Source of the DNA: a virus
Lineage: Duplodnaviria; Caudoviricetes
DNA length: 26,400 bases
Reading direction: 5' to 3' (one strand)
IMG/VR virus record: IMGVR_UViG_3300009495_000062
Coordinates: 1 to 26,400 of that record
Shown: positions 15,701-22,541 of the stretch, piece by piece
Numbering within the stretch: position 1 is the stretch's first letter
Layout of the letters: each line of letters opens with the position of its first letter
Made by a program: the position numbers and the translations under genes
The notes under the pieces: generated by a model
Databases searched by the model: none
What the model was told of the DNA's origin: nothing
Seen by the model: only the letters and a program-made list of their open reading frames with translations

Positions 15701-17717
15701 TAACAATTGGCTTTGTATCTACTACAGTTTTTTGTATGTGTTTTTTAACAGATTGTTGATTTCTAACTGTTACCCATCCATTATGATAAGAACCATCACT
15801 AAGGTTTTTGTAGTAGTAATAACCAGGTATTTCCGAAGAGTTAGATGCATCACTATTTTCTGGAGAATCTGTTGGATTTAAGTTAATATAATTATATCTT
15901 TTACTGCCAAGTTCAATGTCAAAACTTAACCCTGGAGTATTACCGTAATCTACATATCTTGGACTAAACCCAAGTGCAGTATCTATATTTGTATTTCCAG
16001 TGCCGTAGTTAAAAATGTTATCACCAAAAAAGTTATTGTTTGGATATTTGGTTGCATTATTAAGCAAAGTACTAGAACTATCGTATAGGTTAAATTTAAT
16101 GCCCATACTACGACTTGTTTTCTGCTGTGCATATGTCCATGTACTGCCATTCCAGTACCATTCACTTCCACTATAGATGTTATTGGGATATGTTTCGCCC
16201 AATACATTATTGTATCCTATGCGCACATTAACACCAGCATTAGTAGGTATAGTAGTTGAACTGTCTCCGTATAGTTGAGTAAGACCAGTAACAACATTAC
16301 TGCCGTCTACTTGCACTGTATAGATATTATTACTATAACTAGTGTTTGTTGGGTTTAAAAATAAAATAGTATCATCGTTTTGAAGTGTACGAGCTTGTAC
16401 TTGTTCCCAATACACTGCATTTTCTATATAGCTAGGGTTTTTACCACTAGTGTGTGTTTTAATACAATTCCAATAACTTGAAACACCATTGCTAACTAAT
16501 TTAATACTTGTTCCGAACTCATAACCAATATTACTCCATGTTGAAGTAATTGTTTGCTCTGCTAAATTCCAATTAGTAATTCCAATAACTTCAGTAGCTG
16601 GGTCATCAACGTTATCAATAATATGTGTAACACTTCCTAATGACGATTTAGCAAAGTTATATTTTTCAATACCATTTCTAAACGCAATAATTGGACGTAC
16701 TCCACGAAACTTATCTAGTAAGTAAGTACTCTCAGATCTATTTGGATATTCGCCAGCAGTATACGTTGCAACATACTTTACAGTCTCTTCATGGATCCAT
16801 AAATTGCGTCTACTCCAAACACTTTGGTCCGGACTTTGGCGTTCTTCAACAACATAATCTCTACTTAATACTTCGTATTCACTAAAATCGTAGTCAGGGT
16901 AAACAAAGTCAGTTTCGCTACCATTCCATTGGCTTGGCTCTTGAGTACCATATATAGTATCATTAAACCATACTCTTTTTCCGTAACCAGATGCACCTGT
17001 GCCATCAAATTGTCGAGTAAGTTGAATACTAGTACCAACACCATCTACAATATAAATGTCGTCAACTGTATAATCAGTATTACCAGATGTATTAGCACCA
17101 GTAAATTTAACTCTCATACCATTTAGCAAACTTAGTTGTTTTCCATTAACTAGTGTTTCTGTTTTGTAATATGGTTTACCAATAATATCAGGTATTGAAA
17201 TTGGATCAGTAGCAGTTGCTTCAGCTACACAAATTGGCAAGAAGTCTACTAACCAAAAGTAATGATGATAGTTAATAAACATATCATAGTCAATTGGTAA
17301 ATCTAACGTATACCCTGTTTCGTTAAAAACACGATTTGTATTAGAAGTGTCAACTTCATTATATTTTAACATATCAATTAAGTCGTCATATGTCATAGCT
17401 TCAGTAATATTTTGATCTTGATCACGTACTACTGCGCCTGGTACAAATTGATAGTTAGTAGCAAAACGTTTATCAGATACAAACCTATCATTAACTACAT
17501 TTTTGTTCTGCTGGTCTCCCAAATAATAGTTGACTGCTTCCATACTACCACTTGACATTAATTGTTCAAGTGTGCTATTTAAAAATTTCTTGTTAACTGT
17601 AGTTTGAAAAATTGCAGGTAACAAATCTACTGTACTGCGAGTGCCAACATATTCTGAACTTTCACCAGGTCTAGTAGATTTTTTTGCTATAATTGGATTG
17701 GCATGGAACTTGCTCAT
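6729..17717 (-). CDS. Giant multidomain virion protein (3662 aa), probably a baseplate wedge (gp7-like position) with appended fibre/binding modules
   Basis: Uninterrupted 11-kb ORF, ATGA-coupled to the gp6-like gene with GGAG upstream. Contains a KGT motif (FVKGTRKYKGTRHAL), a GxGY..P beta module, three CBM5/12-like W..Y...V.Y.G motifs, three IN-type repeats, GYD/GFD repeats and a C-terminal IGNERIEY...RGTYGT.A..H module. Confidence 0.8.
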   Translation of the reverse strand: MSKFHANPIIAKKSTRPGESSEYVGTRSTVDLLPAIFQTTVNKKFLNSTLEQLMSSGSMEAVNYYLGDQQNKNVVNDRFVSDKRFATNYQFVPGAVVRDQDQNITEAMTYDDLIDMLKYNEVDTSNTNRVFNETGYTLDLPIDYDMFINYHHYFWLVDFLPICVAEATATDPISIPDIIGKPYYKTETLVNGKQLSLLNGMRVKFTGANTSGNTDYTVDDIYIVDGVGTSIQLTRQFDGTGASGYGKRVWFNDTIYGTQEPSQWNGSETDFVYPDYDFSEYEVLSRDYVVEERQSPDQSVWSRRNLWIHEETVKYVATYTAGEYPNRSESTYLLDKFRGVRPIIAFRNGIEKYNFAKSSLGSVTHIIDNVDDPATEVIGITNWNLAEQTITSTWSNIGYEFGTSIKLVSNGVSSYWNCIKTHTSGKNPSYIENAVYWEQVQARTLQNDDTILFLNPTNTSYSNNIYTVQVDGSNVVTGLTQLYGDSSTTIPTNAGVNVRIGYNNVLGETYPNNIYSGSEWYWNGSTWTYAQQKTSRSMGIKFNLYDSSSTLLNNATKYPNNNFFGDNIFNYGTGNTNIDTALGFSPRYVDYGNTPGLSFDIELGSKRYNYINLNPTDSPENSDASNSSEIPGYYYYKNLSDGSYHNGWVTVRNQQSVKKHIQKTVVDTKPIVIDIGTSDIEAPDTFKISKRNNKIQVFQWNSTHATAEPHRLNGLNPVLFVDRTKTYTISTIFDITDLEFVNPDGTALTNVTLGTPTGNSRTLNVTDSFVDETIMYRLVSDNTVSGLIYVNSDSIPDNLTITKNGEPFTVYTLANNKITIPSGFAIDDLFDVVWHTNDNIKQGTDMPADTHLLNSQNEPLTDVSFGDVLSHMQQQMQSIPGFNGEFFGVNNYRHLPHIHEFGGTIRQQPYSTELLNQTSMFIDTNMFNSLKFAIDSYSNFKRQFIQKARQLHNTLDSTVSVISLVDEVLASINIGKNRNDIFANSEMLKYKEYEEFNGQWTSSMSAVFNLPQTVNTYEDTKNHIQVSIRDNDGSGNSRWRALVKDQDYTLTQNQLTITTTPTFDSNDSALVQIRWYPLTSPSFVPPSAVKLGLLDKYNVEVDADSIYGHDGSITARKGTELYNRNAVGFNIEDAVLFEFETRVFNNLDNVSTVNYKKNMPLASRPNRYNWADLTEALRSTFNKWKTKNNVTSLHDASQYSASDKFTWNYNSVGPKIGGWRGLYTYYFNTDRPHTHPWEMMGYNTKPTWWDANYSWTNPTKRTAFIAALESGHTNDPALSPKKYNLTFTYSAYDWQTDTLVTTGGVLNDPVTANVVSAPSDPARAFVFGDWGTIENNWRQTSNYKLALFYALLKLRPLKITNDYFRSKVRSVRSFDTKHRIYEDTLMLGNNKLVKLSNSDYSDNIIELVNVKDGGNGYTSSPVLSVFSNFGSGAELQATVSGGAVTSVAVTNPGGNYQTVPTINVDSGSATFSVILASGAKRYISGLNNAVVNFAQYNNTTVSTISKRFENYAINPMIKAGGFISNNQEIILESSQDKGRVNVPEENINTVLYTSQPKEELFFGAVKITKAANGYQISGYDTTKQTFTYFKPKRDAGVVMVDAGNTRVSKYKYHESTTSTLDYNTVLDTIQDLYEFIIGYGLYLESQGWKPSWNTAAGSTVIWSETAKLNGVHYAIPSVTKIEINETSNGYFSNVNNKFDGQYNVVGKSGIQILNTKLIITRDVIGEDDGTTIVEAIAGTEIYGVRLYRVEVEHVMVIDNESNFDDLIYNPALGIRHKRIIWRGSRSKNWNGKLFAPGYIINGNSVIPNFDTVANEIDQYYGPGNTLSNQQQVDVARFNSGYNKPEWNDIVGLDDDTLFNFVKGTRKYKGTRHALNAFMRNTALFGTMSTATVHEEWAIRTADYGDIRNKNTLEFAVTKDLLKTNPQPIRFSATEFNDVLSDIVIDVDFNSPLLVNGTPGNNFTTRAAKTFNYTTISEEEIFANDFVTAGLPLLTETDYRVLNKSDFAQFPNEVKEAYSFNGEWKDIKQWDNKTAYKYKDRVIYAGRVWEMLDPDGTSGLTKPNDPIETTATVTLPVIPNTGQTLIIDGTTVNLQQSTNTTTFGIINKTGTSNIGDTNVVTDNSTLILGSSSADARTITFDSTTTSTVYNDINIVGDIISPQIEGSATSTLIIENTTVEFDETETLNSNVTAQAAFEQMFFDAFESGVNTSATRAEVATNRVQSIEAFRTAYIASSSESAWETVLTDYFANSPVGLEFTVLLALDASPAPSYQSELHDLITSDVDLVNKSIGTTYNAASVIAGTETVTPANISSAQTDLDDSALPEAIRDWLQANSSTVFATSTIVSTTTGTVFKTYNLTEIIERINNANITNITASNSNNRLTITKTTTTPSTEFTLTISVGTANAEVGFSTVGTTTETSSGTITANSPNLTITQVVNAINNADITGVTAQVGGANNNVLQLNSNNETLYIGTGTANSVIGLTTGITNAPLTTTTVASTVDLNSIINIINNASITGVGASNSNNRLKLTSTNSTLVIGSGTANTTLGVTAQTISATQTEISNVFNAFVGSDGNQVFQEMTNDPHIFSIWLADNIDDNDSNGGYAVYQTMDFGMSITKACAGINDADDAQISVKLSDGNVQAHNLSADDYVFITGSNTVPSIDGIHRVTDTAAGNILTFYIDEYIQDEGNVGNVYPIRNVRFADYNTLNNNTNTKVNDVFKYNFNGYRQNNQQAPKYAFVDDDGNGNPSVYKWDGNYTNSTGHTGNGWVKVRQSSPQARNDLIESVKLYDAYTRSTITQLEIFDPAKGIIPGFIEEEIDFILTADIASYNYNTIDGFTENTKSWASEQVGLRWWDINTSVYIDYEQSSIDYKQAYWARLFDGASIDVYEWTRSSVPPEEWLDLVQRNGYIDGNLASGIPLSVEIDNETVYSWTEEKVYNSKTKRTENSYFFWVKLKQNNSAQRNYNTYQLARLLENPSAFNISWAAAAGANELLLSNVDLAITDNTVVQINQRIDSNALSLSEWTLLSENDPTSIIPEQLHIKMRDSLTGYNKHTERYSYTPWLNSTVYALNAVVDYNGSFYINLLEGNSGNTPSPNAAIPKWSKIYDYSLPDGTPESDIDVLRPHALPDLNLHPYNRYGHLIRPRQSLVRDLPIARQNFVETANSLLADIPLTDGGDAWETVMEKTYVEGSVTYDLSPYWNYSDYVRRTYDNNDSLTYMYNTSIPTKYTSDDKSVLLGLLGEPFPYVNGDTLKITTVIHNDGINRPEIYSRVNDEWVLEHKVKGTIQLSEELWNSQKFGLGYDMSGFDTDGFDNSVDGILSSIFDGLRSHIFVGRHQVKYNKLWFKCLYQAIADNTADDFAFKTTFVKLNVEHPLLTSKEKYANYNVNVVEDFFNSIKPFHTKLHSTADRNTHIDSWENQITEVSRNNVITMKYEDHTERDWQGDTILTGGTFATAPDNTDEITFTTVDGDIEYIYDGNVFQQAVTEGWGNELYPMDVHENISVLVQTNTSGSTETTDTRSFRMNIWEQYNTYESTVIETAKQTTLSSAVTVNDNELQVTDASILDNSGAVWIGNERIEYGAKDGNVLRYCTRGTYGTPAVAHNSSDVVTNAGASSRIPILENFGHYGDNLKLAYNDSGVSLAAAGTSPEHAFIRNAGSGSI
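10060..10655 (-). repeat. Three tandem protein repeats resembling the flagellin/FliD 'IN' motif
   Basis: LTEIIERINNANITNITASNSNNRLTIT..GTANAEVG; ITQVVNAINNADITGVTAQVGGANNNVLQL..GTANSVIG; LNSIINIINNASITGVGASNSNNRLKLT..GTANTTLG. DNA similarity is visible between 10140-10163 and 10572-10595. Confidence 0.85.
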
Positions 17718-20700
17718 GTAATATTAACTCCGCTGTTGGCTGCAATTGATGTAGGATTATAAACTGTACTCTTACTTACCACAATATCACTAGTTGATAT
17801 AACTGGCAAGAACAATTCGTCGCTGTCACTAATTATTTCAAATAGTGCGTTTGCGTTTGCTTGATTATCCACCGATTGGATATTAATTTGTGCTATCTGA
17901 CCAACTGTGTTGTTGTGAATAAACGCAGCTAGTTCAGTAAAGTAAAATGTGTCACCAAAGTCCCAACTATCAATACTAAAGTATTGGTTAATTAGGCGGA
18001 TTACTTCTTGTTTAATTTCAGTATCACTAAGTGTACAGTTTGTAGTTTTAGTTACATTGAATTTTGCTTGTAGTTCACTACTAGCCAAGTTTCCAAAGAG
18101 TATTTTATACTTAACTGGTCTATATATAACTTGATCACTAATTGACTTTTTGTTGTCTAAACTTTTAAATAAGTCATTTAATGATGAGATGGTAGGAGAG
18201 TTTGGCTTAGTATATGCTCTGCCGTCAAATCTTGCCCACGTTCTAAAGCTATTTTCATATGATGTTAGCAGTACGTATGTATCAATAATATTTGTAGTTG
18301 CTGGATCAATAACTTGATTTACATCAGCAATTCGTGTATACTTACTTGATAGTCCACTGCGTCCAGTTACTGATGTACCACTATTGGCATTATGTACTGT
18401 ATATGTAAACCCATCAACTACTTTATCATCTATAGTAATTGTTTCATTGCCAACAATGTCATGGAATGCACTTGGATTTACTGGAAACCCATCGTTTGTT
18501 GGACTTGACAATGTTAACCTAATTTTGTTAGGATCAGTGTATCCATCTGGGTATATAAAATATCCAAATGCATTCATAGTATTGTCTGTTCCAATCGGTA
18601 AACTATTTGATTTACTTTTTGCATTAATTCCTAGTATCTTAATGTTATCCATACTTGGTTTTAGTGTTTCACTACTAAATGTCTCGGAAAAGTTTAAGTT
18701 AGCAAATTTAATTTGTTCGTCACTACCAAATACATAACGAGTTTTTCTTGTTATAATTTCCCATTGTGATGAGGTATAATTTAGTCTTATAATCCAACTG
18801 TTGTCTAATCCTGTACCGTTCGTGTCGCCTTCGTATGTTCTGCTCCAGCTACTTGGGTTGTTGTTTGTAATTGAGCTAGTAGTCAAATCACTACCATCAA
18901 CTATTGCCCACGCTTGGGTTGCAGCATCAAAGCGTAGCCCAAAACTATTTTTGTTTGTAATACGATTAAGTACATCTGTTTTAATTGCACTTGTTAAATC
19001 TTTAGCCCAACTTGGTAAAATGCGTTTAATTCTTGCACCACTTGGAATAACTCCATTAAGTGTAATACTTCCACGGCCAATCATGTCAATACCTGTTGAC
19101 GTACCAACGTTGTTGTCAATTCCTAAACCGTCATTATAAATTCCAGTTACTCTTACCCATTGTGTATCTGCACTCGATACTTCAGCCGTTGCAGATGCGC
19201 CGGTTCCGCCACCACCGCTAAGTGTAATGCTTGTTGCACTGTCATAATTTAAGCCAGCATTTGTGATAGTGATACTAATTAATGTTCCACTACCATCAAG
19301 GTTTGCAACACCAGTAGCGCCTGTGCCAGCGCCTGCTATTGTAACTGTTGGTGCTGTAGTATATCCACTACCAGCAGAGGTAACTTTGATAGTTTTAATA
19401 TATCCTATTTTATATGGAGGAGTCACAAACTCAATAATTGAGTTTATGTCAATTTTATCCATGGGCGCAACGCCATTAGTTTTAACTCGCTGTATAGTAC
19501 TTGTATCGTCAGTTAAGTATCCTGTACTTGCATTTGCCCCTTTGGTAACTTGGTTCCAACGGAATGTATTTGATGCACTGCCGTCTGTATTGTAGTAAAC
19601 AATATTAGCAGTTGTATTAGTATATTGGTCTGCTGGTGCATATGCACCGTCTGGGCCATAATACTGTCTATCATAAAAGAAGTTTTTAACTTCTGGGTTG
19701 TCTAATAGTGGTTTAATAAATCTACTATAAGTTTGTTCACTATTTAAATTTGTTGGTAAGCTAACCACACTACGTGCCGCAATACCTTCTTTATAAAGAT
19801 ATCCATCATCTAAAAACTGTATAGCATCACTATAACTGCCAGTTGGATCATTAAAGTCTCTAAATCGACTGTGTCCACTATGTACACGGTTAACACTTTT
19901 AATCTTACGAATATTTTCACTTACTGTTAGTGGGAAAATACTATAATCTTCTGCTGTTACCAATCTATCTTGTGTACTAAAAAATCTTCCAGCATTGTCT
20001 TTAATACTTTGCAAACTTTCACGTTGGCTAGCGTTGTTTACTCTAGATTTTAAACTAGCACTAAGAACAGCACGATATGTGTTTCCGTCACTTCCTGAAT
20101 AATTAAATGAATACGAAGTTGATCCAAAACTTTCTGGATTAAGTGTATAACTACGATTTAATCCAGTTCTATACCAAACACGAATAATACCACGTGGTAC
20201 ATTTCCAAATAATCCATCACCAAACACAATACTAATTTTGTCGTCTTCTCTACTTGATACAGTATAGATGTTTCTAAAGTTATTGTCAAGATTGTTATAT
20301 ATTGCATTCAGACCAAAAATTCGATCAACTTGATTCCAATTAGACATTACTTTTCCAATTTCATCAACAGTCTGTACCCAAATGTTTCCATTAGCTACAT
20401 TGGAGTCTTCAATATCAAGAACAAGATTTGGCAGGCCTTCAGTAATATTAAAGTCTTTAAAATTCAGTACACCTTGTTTAAATCCTAAAAAGAATCCAGT
20501 GTCTGGACTACTAAATCCGCCATTGTCATTTCTATATAATATATCAAGTGCACCATATGGATCAGGTGTTTTTTCTTGAATACGATTTGCAACACTGTTG
20601 TGATACACACTGTGTGCACCAAATACTGCTCGTGAACCAGAAATACTTCCGTTAAATTCATATGATGGTTCAACACCTACACTAGTTGTTCTATAAACTT

Positions 20701-21253
20701 CATTTGTGATACCATCACGAACACTTCTACTAAATGGTGTACCAAACTGATTACTACTACTAAAAATACTATTCATTACAGTAATAAAGTTTTGATAAAA
20801 CACTGGATCAGTAACATCTTCAAATTGTAAATCAACGTTTGCAAGACTATTGCCGTCCACATCATACACTGTTTCAGTTGTCTTTATGCTATCAATTTTT
20901 AAATATCCACTGGCTACTACATTACGTGTTGGGTTGTATCCAAGGAATTCAGCAATACGGAGGGCACTGTCTCTACGTTCTGCTGTACTTAAATAATTTT
21001 CACGTGAGTTAAGATCATTACGGAATGCTAAGTTGTGTCCCAAAAATGCCATAAGTTCTAGTAAACTTGTAAACTCACTTGAGCTAATCCAGTCATTAAA
21101 ATTTTCTGGGTAGTTGGTATCTATGTACTCTACCATTGCATTTTTAATAGTGTCAAAGTCGTATGCTTGGAAGTTTGCTTGTGCAAAACTTTCATAGACT
21201 ACACTAAAATCTTCAGCAGCAAATAAACTGCTTTGTCTTGCGCCTTGTGCCAT
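17714..21253 (-). CDS. Baseplate wedge protein, T4 gp6-like (1179 aa)
   Basis: Motifs YDFDTIK, LLELMAF...ENYLSTAERRDSALRIAEFLGYNP, IVFGDGLFGNVP and ESLQSIK.NA...TQDRLVTAEDY are characteristic of the gp6/baseplate J family. Follows the gp25-like gene by a TAATG overlap. Confidence 0.9.
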   Translation of the reverse strand: MAQGARQSSLFAAEDFSVVYESFAQANFQAYDFDTIKNAMVEYIDTNYPENFNDWISSSEFTSLLELMAFLGHNLAFRNDLNSRENYLSTAERRDSALRIAEFLGYNPTRNVVASGYLKIDSIKTTETVYDVDGNSLANVDLQFEDVTDPVFYQNFITVMNSIFSSSNQFGTPFSRSVRDGITNEVYRTTSVGVEPSYEFNGSISGSRAVFGAHSVYHNSVANRIQEKTPDPYGALDILYRNDNGGFSSPDTGFFLGFKQGVLNFKDFNITEGLPNLVLDIEDSNVANGNIWVQTVDEIGKVMSNWNQVDRIFGLNAIYNNLDNNFRNIYTVSSREDDKISIVFGDGLFGNVPRGIIRVWYRTGLNRSYTLNPESFGSTSYSFNYSGSDGNTYRAVLSASLKSRVNNASQRESLQSIKDNAGRFFSTQDRLVTAEDYSIFPLTVSENIRKIKSVNRVHSGHSRFRDFNDPTGSYSDAIQFLDDGYLYKEGIAARSVVSLPTNLNSEQTYSRFIKPLLDNPEVKNFFYDRQYYGPDGAYAPADQYTNTTANIVYYNTDGSASNTFRWNQVTKGANASTGYLTDDTSTIQRVKTNGVAPMDKIDINSIIEFVTPPYKIGYIKTIKVTSAGSGYTTAPTVTIAGAGTGATGVANLDGSGTLISITITNAGLNYDSATSITLSGGGGTGASATAEVSSADTQWVRVTGIYNDGLGIDNNVGTSTGIDMIGRGSITLNGVIPSGARIKRILPSWAKDLTSAIKTDVLNRITNKNSFGLRFDAATQAWAIVDGSDLTTSSITNNNPSSWSRTYEGDTNGTGLDNSWIIRLNYTSSQWEIITRKTRYVFGSDEQIKFANLNFSETFSSETLKPSMDNIKILGINAKSKSNSLPIGTDNTMNAFGYFIYPDGYTDPNKIRLTLSSPTNDGFPVNPSAFHDIVGNETITIDDKVVDGFTYTVHNANSGTSVTGRSGLSSKYTRIADVNQVIDPATTNIIDTYVLLTSYENSFRTWARFDGRAYTKPNSPTISSLNDLFKSLDNKKSISDQVIYRPVKYKILFGNLASSELQAKFNVTKTTNCTLSDTEIKQEVIRLINQYFSIDSWDFGDTFYFTELAAFIHNNTVGQIAQINIQSVDNQANANALFEIISDSDELFLPVISTSDIVVSKSTVYNPTSIAANSGVNIT

Positions 21254-21618
21254 TATGTTATCTCACTTGTGTATGTTAAATATAGCTCTTCAGCTAAACC
21301 AGTGTCATCGTAGATAACACGTACTCGTATATCTAATTGATGATCTGTTGGTTTACTTAAATTTAATTCGCTAAAAATCCATCTTGGGTCGCTGTCAATA
21401 ATGTTTTGTACATCATCTCTTGCTAACTGTTCAGTAGCTGCATCCAAGGGTTCAAAAATTAAATCAGGTAATATTGATCCAAAATTTGGATTCATTACTC
21501 TTTCACCCTTGCGAGTATAAAAGTGATTTAGTAAGTCACGAAGAGCTAAGTCCTTGTCAGTAAGGACTGAGTTAATGTTTTTACTATCAATTGTGCTATA
21601 TCCAACGTATGTAACCAT
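21253..21618 (-). CDS. Baseplate wedge/sheath initiator, gp25/GPW-like (121-123 aa)
   Basis: DLLNHFYTRKGERVMNPNFGS...LIFEP...DPR is the gp25 family signature. Start is ATG 21618 (preferred) or ATG 21624, which overlaps the promoter box. Confidence 0.92.
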   Translation of the reverse strand: MVTYVGYSTIDSKNINSVLTDKDLALRDLLNHFYTRKGERVMNPNFGSILPDLIFEPLDAATEQLARDDVQNIIDSDPRWIFSELNLSKPTDHQLDIRVRVIYDDTGLAEELYLTYTSEIT

Positions 21619-21623
21619 ACTCA

Positions 21624-21631
21624 TATTTATA
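21624..21631 (-). promoter_or_regulatory. T4-type late promoter box TATAAATA
   Basis: The minus strand reads gcTATAAATAtgagtATGgtt, in the gap between the lysozyme-like and gp25-like genes. Confidence 0.7.
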
Positions 21632-21651
21632 GCAAAATTAACTGCTACTTT

Positions 21652-22539
21652 TTAAATTTTAGTAGTAAATCTAATGATATCACCACTATTAAGTGATTTT
21701 GTTATAGTAATGACATTATTAAGTATTGTAAAGTCGAAAAAATGCTGAATCGCTTCTCCATTAACTTCTACTTTGAGTTTTTCTACTGGATCCATGCTTG
21801 GACTACCATTAATTGTAAAAACATTACTACTACCATATGTAAATTGGTCAACAACTAATGTACTGTTGTATTGTTTTGCAATAGTACGTTTGATACCTTC
21901 TGGGGTATTTGGGAGGAACCTTAGTGTTTCAGCATAGTATGCAAATCGTGCTCTATCCAAATCTTCTCCGCCAAGCAATCCAATTTCGTTTTTATCACGC
22001 ATTTGGAATATGCCAGTTTGTCTGTGCCAACTACGTGACTTTGATTTACCATAGTCACTTAACCGTATGATTGCGGATACCCGTGTACAGAACTTTCGAT
22101 TAAAGTTACTGCGTTTAATTATACTAGCAAGTGAGTCCCAATCGCCGTCAACAATATAATCACGTATTTCATATAAACCTTCATTAGCAGTTACTTGTAG
22201 GATATCACCATTAATAATGTAATAAAGTAGCAACCCATCATATACACACTGTGGTATACTAGTTAGTCCAAATGCTTTTAGTTGTTTAATTATGCTACGT
22301 TGATTTTTTTGAAAATCAGCTATCCAAATATCATATGCTTCTTGTTCAGTAATACCACGTCCGGCGCCAGGAATACTGTAACCAGTTTTATTATATCCAA
22401 TATACCTTGACATATTAAGTGTAACCAGGATTATTTTTTCACTGGCAGATATAGTATTAATATCTAGCTCAACATTCCAGTCATCGTCTTTGGTGACAAA
22501 TTCTTCCCAATCTGTTTTAAATTTAGATAACATATTCAT
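21652..22539 (-). CDS. Degenerate GH24 (phage lysozyme)-like baseplate protein with a C-terminal small beta module (295 aa)
   Basis: ISASEKII..., TGYS...GITEQEAYDIWIADF, IPQCVYDGLL and IVDGDWDSLAS follow the GH24 pattern (IGYG..IT.EEA..L..D; L.Q..FDAL; L..G.W..A), but no catalytic Glu is visible. Located between gp5-like and gp25-like genes. Confidence 0.55.
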   Translation of the reverse strand: MNMLSKFKTDWEEFVTKDDDWNVELDINTISASEKIILVTLNMSRYIGYNKTGYSIPGAGRGITEQEAYDIWIADFQKNQRSIIKQLKAFGLTSIPQCVYDGLLLYYIINGDILQVTANEGLYEIRDYIVDGDWDSLASIIKRSNFNRKFCTRVSAIIRLSDYGKSKSRSWHRQTGIFQMRDKNEIGLLGGEDLDRARFAYYAETLRFLPNTPEGIKRTIAKQYNSTLVVDQFTYGSSNVFTINGSPSMDPVEKLKVEVNGEAIQHFFDFTILNNVITITKSLNSGDIIRFTTKI

Positions 22540-22541
22540 TG

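Noticed and set aside
21625-21651. Intrinsic terminator at the GTAGCAG/TTGCTAT hairpin
   Set aside because: Weak 7-bp stem with two G-U pairs and no following U-tract on the coding strand.
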